64,000 nt of DNA, from positions 3,008,001 through 3,072,000 of the forward strand of contig OZ220691.1 in NCBI GenBank assembly GCA_965116475.1. The letters run 5' to 3'. Each line of letters begins with the position of its first letter. Within the stretch, counting starts at the first letter, position 1. The translations under genes and the position numbers were made by a program. This document shows positions 36,886 through 49,402 of this stretch, piece after piece. This stretch comes from Gemmatimonadota bacterium. Its GTDB lineage: Bacteria; Gemmatimonadota; Gemmatimonadetes; Palauibacterales; Palauibacteraceae. The notes under the pieces are model-generated. The model was given only the letters and a program-made list of their open reading frames with translations. It searched no databases and was not told the origin of the DNA.

Positions 36886-38982
36886 ATGGAGAGAAGAACG
36901 CCGCTCGAGCGGCTTCGGAATATCGGCATCATGGCGCACATCGATGCCGGAAAGACGACGACGACCGAACGGGTGCTGTTCTACACCGGCCGGACGCATC
37001 GCCTGGGCGAAGTGCATCACGGCGACGCGACGATGGACTGGATGGAGCAGGAGCAGGAACGCGGCATCACGATTACGTCGGCCGCCACCACCTGTAACTG
37101 GACGCACGACGGCGAACCCTACCGTATCAACATCATCGACACGCCGGGGCACGTCGACTTCACCGTGGAGGTGGAGCGCAGCCTCCGCGTGCTCGACGGC
37201 GCCGTGGCTCTCTTCTGCGCCGTCGGCGGCGTGGAACCGCAATCCGAGACGGTATGGCGGCAGGCCGACAAGTACGGTGTCCCGCGCATCGCGTTCGTCA
37301 ACAAGATGGACCGCGTCGGCGCCGACTTCATGAACGTCGTCCGGATGATGCGCGACCGCCTGGGCGCGAACGCGCAGCCGCTTCAGATCCCTCTCGGCGA
37401 GGGTGAACTCTATACGGGCATGGTGGACCTCATTCGCGAGGTCAAGGTCGTCTACGACGATGAGTCTCTGGGCGCGCGCTGGACCGAAGGCCCGGTGCCG
37501 GACGCCCTCGCGGACCAGGTGGCGGAGCTGCGGAACTCCCTCATCGAGGCCGCGGTGGAATACGACGAACCCATGCTCGAGAAGTACCTCGAAGGCGAAG
37601 AACTCACCGAGGCTGAAATCCGCGGCGCGGTGCGGAAGGCGACGCTGGCCAACGGGATCACGCCGATCCTGTGTGGCTCCGCCTTCAAGAACAAAGGCGT
37701 ACAGCGCCTGCTCGACGCCGTGATCGACTTCCTCCCCTCTCCTCTCGATGTCCCGCCCGTCACCGGCCACCTCCCGCAGCAGGACGAGACGGAGGTCGAG
37801 CGTGCGGCCGACGAAGAGGCGCCGTTTGCGGCCCTCGCGTTCAAGATCGCGACCGATCCGTACGTGGGGCGTCTGACCTACTTCAGAGTTTATTCCGGGA
37901 CGGCGAAAGCCGGCTCGAAGGCGCTGAATTCGTCCAGAGGACGGAAGGAGCGCTTCGGGCGGTTGCTCCAGATGCACGCGAACAAGCGCGAGGAGCGCGA
38001 CGAGGTGTTCGCCGGCGACATCGCGGCCGCGATCGGACTCAAGCATACGCGGACGGGAGATACGCTCTCGTCGGCGACCGATCCGATCGTGCTCGAGTCG
38101 ATGAGCTTCCCCGAGCCCGTGATCCGCGTGGCGATCGAGCCCCGGACGAAAGCGGACCAGGAGAAGCTGTCGGGGGCGCTCGGGAAGCTGGCCGAGGAAG
38201 ATCCGACATTCCGCGTGTACACCGACGATGAGACGGGGCAGACGATCATCAGCGGGATGGGCGAACTCCATCTCGAGATCATCGTCGACCGGCTCCAGCG
38301 CGAGTTCAGGGTCAACGCGAACGTCGGGCGTCCGCAGGTGGCCTATCGCGAGACGATCCGCAAGGCCGTCCGCAAGGTGGAAGGCCGCTTCGTCCGGCAG
38401 TCCGGCGGCCGCGGGCAGTTCGGGCACGTGATCATCAACCTCGAGCCCACGGATCCCGGCGGCGGCTTCATCTTCGACTCCGAGATCCGGGGCGGAAACG
38501 TGCCCCGCGAGTACGTGCTCTCGGTCGAACAGGGGATTCGCGAGGCACTGGATTCCGGGATCGTCGCCGGCTACCCGATCATCGACATCAAGGCCACCCT
38601 GATCGACGGCTCCTACCACGAGGTTGATTCCAGCGAGATGGCCTTCAAGATCGCGGGCTCGATCGCGCTCAAGGAAGGCGCGCGCAAGGCGCAGCCGGTG
38701 CTGCTCGAGCCCGTCATGAACGTGGAGGTCGTGACACCCGACGACTATCTCGGGGATGTGATGGGAGACCTCTCCAGTCGGCGGGGCAAGATCGGCGGCA
38801 TGACGCAGCGTTCGTCGGCCCAGGTCGTCGGGGCGTCCGTGCCGCTCTCGGAGATGTTCGGCTATGCGACCTCGTTGCGTTCGATCAGCCAGGGTCGCGC
38901 GGTCTACACCATGCAGTTTTCGCACTACGAGGAAGTTCCCGGCTCCAAGACGGCGGAGATCGTCTCCGCCAACGGTTCGTAG
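36886..38982 (+). CDS. fusA: Elongation factor G
   Basis: [41 protein letters not shown]. Confidence 0.99.
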   Translation: MERRTPLERLRNIGIMAHIDAGKTTTTERVLFYTGRTHRLGEVHHGDATMDWMEQEQERGITITSAATTCNWTHDGEPYRINIIDTPGHVDFTVEVERSLRVLDGAVALFCAVGGVEPQSETVWRQADKYGVPRIAFVNKMDRVGADFMNVVRMMRDRLGANAQPLQIPLGEGELYTGMVDLIREVKVVYDDESLGARWTEGPVPDALADQVAELRNSLIEAAVEYDEPMLEKYLEGEELTEAEIRGAVRKATLANGITPILCGSAFKNKGVQRLLDAVIDFLPSPLDVPPVTGHLPQQDETEVERAADEEAPFAALAFKIATDPYVGRLTYFRVYSGTAKAGSKALNSSRGRKERFGRLLQMHANKREERDEVFAGDIAAAIGLKHTRTGDTLSSATDPIVLESMSFPEPVIRVAIEPRTKADQEKLSGALGKLAEEDPTFRVYTDDETGQTIISGMGELHLEIIVDRLQREFRVNANVGRPQVAYRETIRKAVRKVEGRFVRQSGGRGQFGHVIINLEPTDPGGGFIFDSEIRGGNVPREYVLSVEQGIREALDSGIVAGYPIIDIKATLIDGSYHEVDSSEMAFKIAGSIALKEGARKAQPVLLEPVMNVEVVTPDDYLGDVMGDLSSRRGKIGGMTQRSSAQVVGASVPLSEMFGYATSLRSISQGRAVYTMQFSHYEEVPGSKTAEIVSANGS

Positions 38983-39043
38983 GACGGCGCGAAGGGCCCG
39001 TCCGCGAGCAGGCCGCAGACGAGACACAGGAGAACGAGGGGCG

Positions 39044-40237
<1,194 letters not shown>

Positions 40238-40271
40238 CGGACAGCCCCGGAAAACGAGACGGCGCACGGAT

Positions 40272-40580
40272 ATGGCGCAGAAGATTCGGATTCGGCTGAA
40301 GGCATTCGATCCAGCCGTGATCGACCAGACGGCGGCGGACATCGTTCGGACCGCGCAGAAGACCGGTGCGTCCGTCAGCGGGCCGATCCCGCTTCCGACG
40401 CGCCGCCAGCTGTTCACGGTCCTGCGAAGTCCTCACGTGGACAAGAAGTCGCGGGAACAGTTCGAACTGAAGACGCACAAGCGGCTCATCGATATCCACG
40501 ACTCCCGTCCGCAGACGATCGACGCGCTGACGAAGCTGGATCTCGCCGCCGGCGTCGACGTGGAAATCAAAGTCGAGTAG
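40272..40580 (+). CDS. rpsJ: 30S ribosomal protein S10
   Basis: [29 protein letters not shown]. Confidence 0.99.
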   Translation: MAQKIRIRLKAFDPAVIDQTAADIVRTAQKTGASVSGPIPLPTRRQLFTVLRSPHVDKKSREQFELKTHKRLIDIHDSRPQTIDALTKLDLAAGVDVEIKVE

Positions 40581-40584
40581 CGAG

Positions 40585-41208
40585 ATGCCCGGGTTGATCG
40601 GCCGCAAAATCGGCATGACGCAGATCTTTGACGACGACGGGAAGGCCGTCGGTGTCACCGTGCTGGAAGTCGGACCCTGTCCGGTCGTCCAGATCAAGAC
40701 CTCCGAGCGCGACGGCTACGAAGCCGTGCAGCTGGGCTTCGGCCGCGTGAAGGAAGGACGCGCGCGGAAGCCGGCCGCGGGCCACGCGGCGCGCGCCGGC
40801 CTCGACTACGTACCGCGCGTCCTCGCCGAGTTCGACTTCGAGGGCGAGAAGCTCGAACCGGGCCAGGAACTCACGGTCGACATGTTCGATGTCGGATCGC
40901 GGGTAAACGTGACGGGGACGACCAAGGGTCGCGGGTTCCAGGGCGTCGTGAAGCGGCACGGCTTCGGCGGCGGTCACGGCTCCCACGGCGGCACGTCCGT
41001 TCTCAGGGCTCCCGGCTCGATCGGGGCCGGCACGGACCCGTCCCGGGTGATCAAGGGGCGGAAGATGGCCGGCCGCATGGGGGGGACGCAGCGCACGGCG
41101 ATGAGCCGGAAGATCATTCGGGTCGACGCACAAAAGAACCTCCTGATCGTTCAGGGTTCCGTCCCGGGCGGGCGAAACAACCTCGTCATGGTGAGGCCGG
41201 GCCGATGA
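40585..41208 (+). CDS. rplC: 50S ribosomal protein L3
   Basis: [31 protein letters not shown]. Confidence 0.98.
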   Translation: MPGLIGRKIGMTQIFDDDGKAVGVTVLEVGPCPVVQIKTSERDGYEAVQLGFGRVKEGRARKPAAGHAARAGLDYVPRVLAEFDFEGEKLEPGQELTVDMFDVGSRVNVTGTTKGRGFQGVVKRHGFGGGHGSHGGTSVLRAPGSIGAGTDPSRVIKGRKMAGRMGGTQRTAMSRKIIRVDAQKNLLIVQGSVPGGRNNLVMVRPGR

Positions 41209-41840
41209 AAGTCCCGACGTACAGTTCCGACGGCACGGCTGGGGCCGAGCGGGCTCTGCCCGAGACGCCGTTCGACGGCATGGTCAACGAGGACGTGCTC
41301 CATCAGGTCGTCACCGCCGTGCTCGCGAACCGCCGACAGGGGACGGCGTCGACGAAGACCCGGTCGACCGTTCACGGAGGATCGCGGAAGCCTTGGCGAC
41401 AGAAGGGGACGGGCCGCGCCCGGGCCGGCTCGATCCGTTCGGCGCTGTGGCGCGGCGGTTCGGTCGTCTTCGGCCCGCAGCCGCGCTCCTATCGGGTGCG
41501 CGTCCCGAAGCGGATCCGTCGGTTGGCCATCCGTTCCGCACTCAACACGAGAGCCATGAACGGCGATCTCGCGCTTATCGAACCTCTGGATTTCGATCCG
41601 CCGAAGACCCGGCGCGTCGCCGCTCTGCTGGCCAGCATCGGCCGCAAGTCGGAAAACGTCCTTCTCCTTACGGCCGGTCACAAACCCGACGTCCACCTCT
41701 CGGCGAGAAACCTGCCCGGCGTGCGGGTGCTTCCATGGGGAGCGGCGTCTGCGTACGACATCCTCTGGTCCGACCTGGTACTCGTCGAGTCGTCCGCCTT
41801 CGAGGCGGCCGGGGACTCCGACGGGGGAGGTGACGCATGA
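41205..41840 (+). CDS. rplD: 50S ribosomal protein L4
   Basis: KPWRQKGTGRARAGS, FGPQP. Confidence 0.98.
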   Translation: MKVPTYSSDGTAGAERALPETPFDGMVNEDVLHQVVTAVLANRRQGTASTKTRSTVHGGSRKPWRQKGTGRARAGSIRSALWRGGSVVFGPQPRSYRVRVPKRIRRLAIRSALNTRAMNGDLALIEPLDFDPPKTRRVAALLASIGRKSENVLLLTAGHKPDVHLSARNLPGVRVLPWGAASAYDILWSDLVLVESSAFEAAGDSDGGGDA

Positions 41841-42193
41841 CGCGCGCGCCGAACGAGGTCATCCTGCGTCCGCTCTTCACGGAGAAGACATCCACCAGCC
41901 TTCAGTCCGAGGGGACCGACGGCGTGGGACGGCGTCTCCAGGCACGGATCGACCGCGGCGAGCTGGAACCGCGTCCCAAGTACACCTTCGAGGTGGCGCC
42001 GGACGCGAACAAGATCGAGATCCGCCGCGCCTTCGAGGCGATCTTCGAGGGACGGCGAGTCACCTCCGTACGCACGATGAACGTGCGGGGGAAGAAGAAG
42101 CGCATGGGGCGGACGATGGGCCGCAGGCCGCACTGGAAGAAGGCGATCATCGAAGTCGCGGATGGTCCGGTCGACGTGCTGGAGGGAGCCTGA
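41837..42193 (+). CDS. rplW: 50S ribosomal protein L23 (with internal insertion)
   Basis: RPLFTEK, YTFEV..ANKIEI, WKKAII; synteny. Confidence 0.96.
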   Translation: MTRAPNEVILRPLFTEKTSTSLQSEGTDGVGRRLQARIDRGELEPRPKYTFEVAPDANKIEIRRAFEAIFEGRRVTSVRTMNVRGKKKRMGRTMGRRPHWKKAIIEVADGPVDVLEGA

Positions 42194-42196
42194 TCG

Positions 42197-43036
<840 letters not shown>

Positions 43037-43050
43037 GAGCGGGAGATCCG

Positions 43051-43335
43051 ATGCCGAGAAGCGTGCGAAAGGGACCGTACATCGACGAGAAGCTGCTGAT
43101 GAAGGTGCAGCGGATGAACGATTCCGGAGACAAGTCGGTCATCAAGACGTGGGCCAGAGCTTCGACCATCAGCCCGGATTTCGTCGGACACACGCTGGCT
43201 GTGCACAACGGCAACAAGTTCATCCCGGTCTACGTGACGGAGAACATGGTGGGGCACAAGCTCGGAGAGTTCGCTACGACGCGAACCTTCCGGGGGCACG
43301 CCGGTTCCGCGCGGGACCGGAGGGGCAGAGTCTGA
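43051..43335 (+). CDS. rpsS: 30S ribosomal protein S19
   Basis: KTWARAS, HNGNKF, GHKLGEF. Confidence 0.98.
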   Translation: MPRSVRKGPYIDEKLLMKVQRMNDSGDKSVIKTWARASTISPDFVGHTLAVHNGNKFIPVYVTENMVGHKLGEFATTRTFRGHAGSARDRRGRV

Positions 43336-43685
43336 TGCAGGCGACAGCCAGGGCGAAGAATCTCGGCATGTCCGCCCGGAAGATGCGTCTGGTCATCGAC
43401 CAGATTCGAGGGCGAGACGTCAACGAGGCCTACGCCATCCTGCGATTCTCGAAGAAGAAGGCGGCACGCTCCATCGGCAAGGTGCTCCGCTCGGCCGTCG
43501 CCAATGCCGTCTACAGGGCGGACGAGGGCGGGGAAACGCTGGACGTGGATGAACTCTATGTGCGCGAGGCGTACGTGGACGAAGGCAGGACACTCCGACG
43601 CTGGCGGGCACGCGCCTACGGAAGGGCGACCCCCCGGCTCAAGCGGAGCAGTCATGTGACGGTCGTCGTGGACACGAGAGACTAA
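43335..43685 (+). CDS. rplV: 50S ribosomal protein L22
   Basis: [27 protein letters not shown]. Confidence 0.97.
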   Translation: MQATARAKNLGMSARKMRLVIDQIRGRDVNEAYAILRFSKKKAARSIGKVLRSAVANAVYRADEGGETLDVDELYVREAYVDEGRTLRRWRARAYGRATPRLKRSSHVTVVVDTRD

Positions 43686-44374
43686 TGGGCCAGAAGACAC
43701 ACCCGTACGGATTCAGGCTCGGCGCGGTGAAGCCGTGGCGGTCGCGCTGGTACGCGCAGGGCAAGGAGTTCCCGAAGCTCCTCGCGGAAGACGAGAAGCT
43801 GCGGAAGTATCTGCAGGCGCGGCTCGGGCACGCGGCGATCGCACAGGTGGAGATCGAGCGCAAGCCGTCCAAGATTGTCGTTACGATCCACACGGGTCGT
43901 CCCGGCGTCGTCATCGGCAAGCGCGGAGCCGAGGTCGACAAGCTGCGTGACGAACTTGCCCTGCTGACGGAGGCGGAGGTTTCCGTCAACGTCGAGGAGA
44001 TTCGACGTCCGGAGACCCAGGCTCAGCTCGTGGCGGACAACGTGGCCCATCAGCTGACGCAGCGGATCAGCTTCCGGCGCGCGATGAAGCGGGCCGTGCA
44101 GGCGGCGATGCGGGCCGGAGCCGGCGGCATCCGCATTCAGTGCGGCGGGCGGCTCGGCGGGGCCGAGATTGCGCGCTCCGAGGGCTATCACGAAGGACGC
44201 GTGCCGCTGCACACATTGCGCGCCGACATCGACTACGCCGAGCGACAGGCCCGAACGACGTTCGGCACGATCGGCGTGAAGGTGTGGATTTTCCACGGCG
44301 AGATCGTGGAGGACCGCCGTGGTCAGACGTACACCGCGGGCGGTCGCCGACGCGCGGGCCGCGGACGAGGATAG
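43685..44374 (+). CDS. rpsC: 30S ribosomal protein S3
   Basis: [30 protein letters not shown]. Confidence 0.99.
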   Translation: MGQKTHPYGFRLGAVKPWRSRWYAQGKEFPKLLAEDEKLRKYLQARLGHAAIAQVEIERKPSKIVVTIHTGRPGVVIGKRGAEVDKLRDELALLTEAEVSVNVEEIRRPETQAQLVADNVAHQLTQRISFRRAMKRAVQAAMRAGAGGIRIQCGGRLGGAEIARSEGYHEGRVPLHTLRADIDYAERQARTTFGTIGVKVWIFHGEIVEDRRGQTYTAGGRRRAGRGRG

Positions 44375-44380
44375 AGACAC

Positions 44381-44791
44381 ATGCTGCAACCGAAGCGGAT
44401 CAAGTACCGGAAACAGCAGAAGGGACGCATGCGCGGTGCGGCGCGTCGCGGGAACAAGGTCTCGTTCGGAGACTACGCGCTTCAGGCCGTGGAACCGGGC
44501 TGGATCACGAACCGTCAGATCGAAGCCGCTCGAGTCGCGATGACGCGGCACATCAAGCGTGGCGGAAAGGTCTGGATCCGCATCTTTCCGGATAAGCCGC
44601 TCACGCAGAAGCCTGCCGAGACCCGGATGGGGAAGGGTAAGGGGAACCCCGAATACTGGGTTGCGCCGGTGAAGCCGGGCCGCGTGATGTTCGAGCTCGA
44701 GGGCGTCGACATCGAACTCGCACGGCGGGCGATGCAACTGGCGTCGGCGAAGCTTCCGGTCAAGACACGCTTCCTGGAGCGGGAGGACTAG
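44381..44791 (+). CDS. rplP: 50S ribosomal protein L16
   Basis: RQIEAAR, RMGKGKG, KLPVKT. Confidence 0.99.
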   Translation: MLQPKRIKYRKQQKGRMRGAARRGNKVSFGDYALQAVEPGWITNRQIEAARVAMTRHIKRGGKVWIRIFPDKPLTQKPAETRMGKGKGNPEYWVAPVKPGRVMFELEGVDIELARRAMQLASAKLPVKTRFLERED

Positions 44792-44797
44792 CAGCCG

Positions 44798-45007
44798 ATG
44801 GACGCGATGGAGATTCGCGAATTCACCGACGAGGAACTCGCCGAGGAACTCACGCGCGCGAAGGACGAAATCGCTCGTTTGCGCTACCGGACCGCGTTCG
44901 AGGAACTTGAGAACCCGTCGCTCCTGAAGACGTTGCGTCGCGAGATCGCACGGTTGAAGACAGTGCAGGTCGAGCGGGCGCGTAACGAGGAGAAGCAGGT
45001 TGGCTGA
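44798..45007 (+). CDS. rpmC: 50S ribosomal protein L29
   Basis: [14 protein letters not shown]; synteny. Confidence 0.95.
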   Translation: MDAMEIREFTDEELAEELTRAKDEIARLRYRTAFEELENPSLLKTLRREIARLKTVQVERARNEEKQVG

Positions 45008-45269
45008 TCAATCGGCGACGAAGGGCCGACGCAAGGTGCGGCTCGGCACGGTCGTGAGCGACCGCATGGAAAAGACCGTCGTGGTGTCCGTCGAGCGGCG
45101 GCTCGCGCACCCGCTGTACGGCAAGCAGGTAAGCCGCGGCAAGAGGTACCAGGCACACGACGAAGAGAACGAATACCGGGTAGGTGACGTGGTCCGGATC
45201 GAAGAGACCCGTCCGCTCTCCAGGCTCAAGCGCTGGCGCGTGCTCGAGCTGGTCCAGCGCCCGGAGTAA
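45000..45269 (+). CDS. rpsQ: 30S ribosomal protein S17
   Basis: [23 protein letters not shown]. Confidence 0.97.
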   Translation: MADQSATKGRRKVRLGTVVSDRMEKTVVVSVERRLAHPLYGKQVSRGKRYQAHDEENEYRVGDVVRIEETRPLSRLKRWRVLELVQRPE

Positions 45270-45284
45270 CGGGGGCACGACGAG

Positions 45285-45653
45285 ATGATTCAGCAGGAAT
45301 CGATGGTCCGCATCGCGGACAATTCCGGTGCCCGCCGGGCCCTCTGCATACGGGTCCTCGGCGGGTCGCGCCGCCGGTACGCCCGCGTGGGCGACGTGAT
45401 CGTCGCGACGATCAAGGACGCGACCCCGCACGGGAACGTGAAGAAAGGCGAGGTGGTTCGCGCCGTCGTCGTGCGAACGGCGAAGGAGAGCCGGCGGCGC
45501 GATGGCAGCTACATCCGTTTCGATGAGAACGCGGCGGTGATCATCAACGACGCGGGCGAGCCGACCGCGACACGTATTTTCGGGCCGGTGGCGCGTGAAC
45601 TCCGCGAGAAGAGGTTCATGAAGATCGTGTCGCTCGCCCCCGAAGTGATCTGA
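45285..45653 (+). CDS. rplN: 50S ribosomal protein L14
   Basis: ADNSGA, FDENAAV, TRIFGPV, SLAPEV. Confidence 0.99.
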   Translation: MIQQESMVRIADNSGARRALCIRVLGGSRRRYARVGDVIVATIKDATPHGNVKKGEVVRAVVVRTAKESRRRDGSYIRFDENAAVIINDAGEPTATRIFGPVARELREKRFMKIVSLAPEVI

Positions 45654-45681
45654 GCGCCGCGCACGAGGATCTGAATCGAAG

Positions 45682-46029
45682 ATGACACGGAAGAAACTGA
45701 ACGTGAGAGCCGGCGACACGGTTCGGGTGATCGCGGGCAACTACGTCGGCGCCCAGGGCCAGGTGCTGCGCACGATCCCTTCGCGGGGACTGGTCGTGGT
45801 GCAGGACGTCAACATGCGCAAGCATCACAAGCGTCCCGTGGCCAACGCGAGGGGCGGGGTCACGGAAGGCGGCATCGTCACCCACGAAGAGCCGATCAGC
45901 GTTTCGAACGTGATGCTGCTGTGTCCCCAGTGCGACGAGCCGGCGCGGGTGCGCCGCCAGCGTGACGCGGACGGCACGATCGAGCGGATCTGCAAGCGTT
46001 GTGACTACCCCATCCCGACGGCGGGCTAG
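45682..46029 (+). CDS. rplX: 50S ribosomal protein L24
   Basis: [21 protein letters not shown]. Confidence 0.96.
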   Translation: MTRKKLNVRAGDTVRVIAGNYVGAQGQVLRTIPSRGLVVVQDVNMRKHHKRPVANARGGVTEGGIVTHEEPISVSNVMLLCPQCDEPARVRRQRDADGTIERICKRCDYPIPTAG

Positions 46030-46033
46030 CAGC

Positions 46034-46609
46034 ATGAGTTCGAAAAACGGAAAGCCGCGGCTGCGGAAACACTACGAGGACACGGTCCGGGGGAAGCTTG
46101 CCGATACCTTCGGCTTCGAGAACCCGCACCAGATCCCGAAGATCGAGAAGATCGTGATCAACGCCGGGCTCGGCGAAGGGAAGGACAATCCCCGACTGAT
46201 CGAGTCCGCCTCGAACGAGATTGCCGTGATCAGCGGCCAGCGGCCCGTCGTAACGCGGGCGCGAAACTCGATTTCGAATTTCGGTCTGCGCGAAGGCATG
46301 CCGGTCGGGACGATGGTGACGCTTCGCAATGCCCGCATGTACGAGTTCCTCGACCGGTTCATCAGTACGGCCGTGCCCCGTATCAGGGACTTCAGGGGGT
46401 TCCGGAGCCGGGCGTTCGATGGGCGCGGCAACTATACGGTGGGGATCCGGGAGCAGATGGTCTTCGCCGAAGTCGATTACGACGAGATCGTCAAGATTCA
46501 CGGTCTCAACATCACGTTCGTCACGACGACCAACCGGGACGATGAGGCGCTCGTCCTCCTTCGCGAGATGGGGATGCCGTTTCGCGATGAGGTCCCGGTC
46601 GTCATCTAG
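46034..46609 (+). CDS. rplE: 50S ribosomal protein L5
   Basis: KIVINAGLG, SGQRP, PRIRDFRG, DGRGNY. Confidence 0.98.
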   Translation: MSSKNGKPRLRKHYEDTVRGKLADTFGFENPHQIPKIEKIVINAGLGEGKDNPRLIESASNEIAVISGQRPVVTRARNSISNFGLREGMPVGTMVTLRNARMYEFLDRFISTAVPRIRDFRGFRSRAFDGRGNYTVGIREQMVFAEVDYDEIVKIHGLNITFVTTTNRDDEALVLLREMGMPFRDEVPVVI

Positions 46610-46623
46610 CGGGAAAGGGCTGA

Positions 46624-46809
46624 ATGGCAAAGACGGCACTAGTCGAGAAGGCGAACCGTAAGCCGAAGTTCAGTTCGCGCACGGTGAGACGCTGCAATCG
46701 CTGCGGCCGGCCCCGCGCCTACATGAGGAAGTTCGGTCTGTGCCGGATCTGCTTCCGGGAGCAGGCGCTCCGCGGAGAGATCCCGGGCGTTCGGAAAGCG
46801 AGTTGGTGA
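46624..46809 (+). CDS. rpsN: 30S ribosomal protein S14 (type Z, Zn-binding)
   Basis: RCNRCGR..CRICFRE, GVRKASW. Confidence 0.98.
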   Translation: MAKTALVEKANRKPKFSSRTVRRCNRCGRPRAYMRKFGLCRICFREQALRGEIPGVRKASW

Positions 46810-46810
46810 G

Positions 46811-47209
46811 ATGAGCATGACCGATCCGATCGCGGACATGCTGACGCGCATCCGCAACGCCGGCCGGGCCGGACACCGGCGCGTCGACATCCCGCTCTCG
46901 AAGATCAAGATCGAGGTCGCCAGGATCCTGGCGGAGAACCACTTCGTTCGCGGCTACAAGGTGCTGGACGACAACCGGCACGGCCGCCTGCGCGTGTATC
47001 TCAAGTACACGTCGGACGACCGGCCCGTGATTCGGCTGCTCGAACGCGTGTCGAAGCCGGGCCTCAGGAAGTACGTCGACGCGAACTCGATTCCCAAGGT
47101 CCGGGCCGGCATGGGGATCGCGATCATGTCGACATCGAACGGCTTGATGACGGATCGCGACGCCCGCCGGCAGCACGTCGGCGGCGAGATCATCGCGAGA
47201 ATCTACTAG
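46811..47209 (+). CDS. rpsH: 30S ribosomal protein S8
   Basis: DPIADMLTRIRN, SKPGLR, GGEII. Confidence 0.98.
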   Translation: MSMTDPIADMLTRIRNAGRAGHRRVDIPLSKIKIEVARILAENHFVRGYKVLDDNRHGRLRVYLKYTSDDRPVIRLLERVSKPGLRKYVDANSIPKVRAGMGIAIMSTSNGLMTDRDARRQHVGGEIIARIY

Positions 47210-47262
47210 CGGAGCTGCCGGGAGTCGGTGCCGGCGGTCGCCCCCTCGAGGGAGCAGATAGC

Positions 47263-47805
47263 GTGTCGAGAATCGGAAAGCTGCCCATCCCCGTCCCGGA
47301 CGGCGTCGAGGTGAGGATCGATGGGGTGCATGTGACGGTGAAGGGCCCTCGGGGTGCGCTCGAGCGGTCGTTCGACTCTGACATGGAGATCACGCAGTCC
47401 GAGGGCGTGGTGACCGTGAAGCGTGCCTCCGACGAGGCGCGGCACCGGGCCCTGCACGGGCTCACGCGGTCCCTGATCGCCAACATGGTCACGGGCGTGT
47501 CGCAGGGGTACGAGAAGCGTCTCGAGATCCACGGCGTCGGATACCGGGCGGAACAGAATGGCGGCAACGTCGTGTTCAGCGTCGGGTACAGCCATACGGT
47601 CACCGTCGAACCGCCCGAGGGCATCGCGTTGAGTGTCGAGTCGCCGACGCTGGTCAAGGTGGCGGGGAACGACAAGGAAAAAGTCGGGCAGATGGCGGCG
47701 GAGATCCGCGCGATCCGCCCGCCCGAACCCTACAAGGGGAAGGGCATCCGCTACGTGGGCGAGTATGTGCGCCGCAAGGCCGGCAAGGCGACGGCCACAG
47801 CCTGA
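47263..47805 (+). CDS. rplF: 50S ribosomal protein L6
   Basis: SRIGKLP, GVGYRA, PEPYKGKGI. Confidence 0.98.
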   Translation: MSRIGKLPIPVPDGVEVRIDGVHVTVKGPRGALERSFDSDMEITQSEGVVTVKRASDEARHRALHGLTRSLIANMVTGVSQGYEKRLEIHGVGYRAEQNGGNVVFSVGYSHTVTVEPPEGIALSVESPTLVKVAGNDKEKVGQMAAEIRAIRPPEPYKGKGIRYVGEYVRRKAGKATATA

Positions 47806-47831
47806 TCGGCGAACCGACAAGAGGGAAGACG

Positions 47832-48209
47832 ATGGACATCAGGGGTCGGACGAAACAGAGGCATCGGCTGCGCACGCGTCGGCACGTCCGGATCAAGAAG
47901 AAGATCCGGGGAACGGCCGGGCGGCCGCGCCTCGTCGTGTTCCGGAGCCTGCGGCATCTCGAAGGCCAGCTGGTGGACGACGACCGCGGCGTTACGCTGC
48001 TCGGTGTCTCGACCCTCGCTGGCGCGGACGGCGACGCGGGAGAGCGCTCCGGCAAGGTCGCCGACGCGTATCTTGCCGGCAAGACGCTCGCCGAGAAGGC
48101 GGTCGCGGCCGATGTGGGCAAGATCGTATTCGACCGCGGCGGGTATCCCTACCACGGCCGCGTGCGGGCGTTTGCCGAAGGCGCCCGCGACGGCGGTCTC
48201 CGCTTCTAA
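47832..48209 (+). CDS. rplR: 50S ribosomal protein L18
   Basis: RPRLVVFRS, FDRGGYPYHGRV. Confidence 0.98.
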   Translation: MDIRGRTKQRHRLRTRRHVRIKKKIRGTAGRPRLVVFRSLRHLEGQLVDDDRGVTLLGVSTLAGADGDAGERSGKVADAYLAGKTLAEKAVAADVGKIVFDRGGYPYHGRVRAFAEGARDGGLRF

Positions 48210-48221
48210 CGAGAGGGCTTC

Positions 48222-48761
48222 ATGGCAAGAGGGCCAAGAGGGGCAAGAGGGGGAAAACGGCGCGACGACGGTGACAACTTCAAGGAGAATGTCATCTTCA
48301 TCAATCGCGTCTCGAAGGTCGTAAAGGGCGGCCGCCGCTTTTCGTTCACCGCGCTCGTGGCGGTCGGCGACGGGCAGGGGCGCGTCGGCATGGCCCTCGG
48401 CAAGGCGAACGAGGTCGCCGAGGCGATCCGCAAGGGGTTCGAGCAGGCGCGCCAGGCCATGGTCGTCGTGCCGATCGTGAACGGGACCATCCCTCACGAA
48501 ATCCTCGGACGCCACGGCGCGGGCAAGGTGCTGCTCAAGCCCGCCGGTCCGGGAACCGGCGTCATCGCCGGCGGCCCTGTCCGGGCGGTACTCGAGTGCG
48601 CCGGCGTGCAGGACATCCTCACGAAGAGTCTCGGCACGAACAATCCGCTCAACATCGTTCGTGCGACGATGAGCGGACTGCAGGACCTCGTCACGCCCGA
48701 GCAGGTCGCGGCTGAACGCGGGGTGGATGTCGCCACGATCCGGGAGGCCATGCGTGGGTGA
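48222..48761 (+). CDS. rpsE: 30S ribosomal protein S5
   Basis: [19 protein letters not shown]. Confidence 0.98.
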   Translation: MARGPRGARGGKRRDDGDNFKENVIFINRVSKVVKGGRRFSFTALVAVGDGQGRVGMALGKANEVAEAIRKGFEQARQAMVVVPIVNGTIPHEILGRHGAGKVLLKPAGPGTGVIAGGPVRAVLECAGVQDILTKSLGTNNPLNIVRATMSGLQDLVTPEQVAAERGVDVATIREAMRG

Positions 48762-48948
48762 GCAGCTGAAGATTCGTCAGGTCAAGAGCGGTCTCGGAGC
48801 GCAGCGCAAGCAGCGCGACACCCTGCGCGCCCTCGGCCTCAGGCACCACCAGGACCAGGTGGTGCAGCCGGACAACCGCGCGATACGGGGAATGATCCAC
48901 GCGGTGGCGCATCTCGTCGAAGTCGAGGAGGTCGGACAAGATGGCTGA
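48754..48948 (+). CDS. rpmD: 50S ribosomal protein L30
   Basis: [27 protein letters not shown]; synteny. Confidence 0.95.
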   Translation: MGEQLKIRQVKSGLGAQRKQRDTLRALGLRHHQDQVVQPDNRAIRGMIHAVAHLVEVEEVGQDG

Positions 48949-49399
48949 ACGCGAGCGGATCGGGCTCGACAACCTCTCCCCGCCCCGCGGTTCGAAGTCG
49001 CCCGCGAAACGTCGCGGCCGCGGCCACGGATCCGGTCTGGGCAAGACGTCGGGGCGCGGCCACAAGGGCCAGAAGTCGCGGAGCGGCGCGTCGATTCCGG
49101 CGTGGTTCGAGGGTGGCCAGATGCCCCTCTACCGGCGTACGCCCAAGCGCGGGTTCAAGCCGCACCGGCGAACCCAGTGGCACATCGTCAACCTCTCGGA
49201 CCTGGACCGCGTGGAAGGCAGCGGGATCGACCCCCGGGCGTTGCGGGCGAGCGGCGTCATCCGCGGCACGGATCGCCCCGTGAAGATCCTCGGGCGCGGA
49301 GACGTCGGACGGGCGGTCGACGTGCGCGCGCACGCTTTCAGTGCCTCCGCCCGCGAGAAGATCGAGGCGGCCGGCGGCACCGCCCAGGTGATCGAGTAA
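48941..49399 (+). CDS. rplO: 50S ribosomal protein L15
   Basis: GRGHGSGLGKTSGRGHKGQ, FEGGQMPL. Confidence 0.98.
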   Translation: MAERERIGLDNLSPPRGSKSPAKRRGRGHGSGLGKTSGRGHKGQKSRSGASIPAWFEGGQMPLYRRTPKRGFKPHRRTQWHIVNLSDLDRVEGSGIDPRALRASGVIRGTDRPVKILGRGDVGRAVDVRAHAFSASAREKIEAAGGTAQVIE

Positions 49400-49402
49400 G
49401 GG

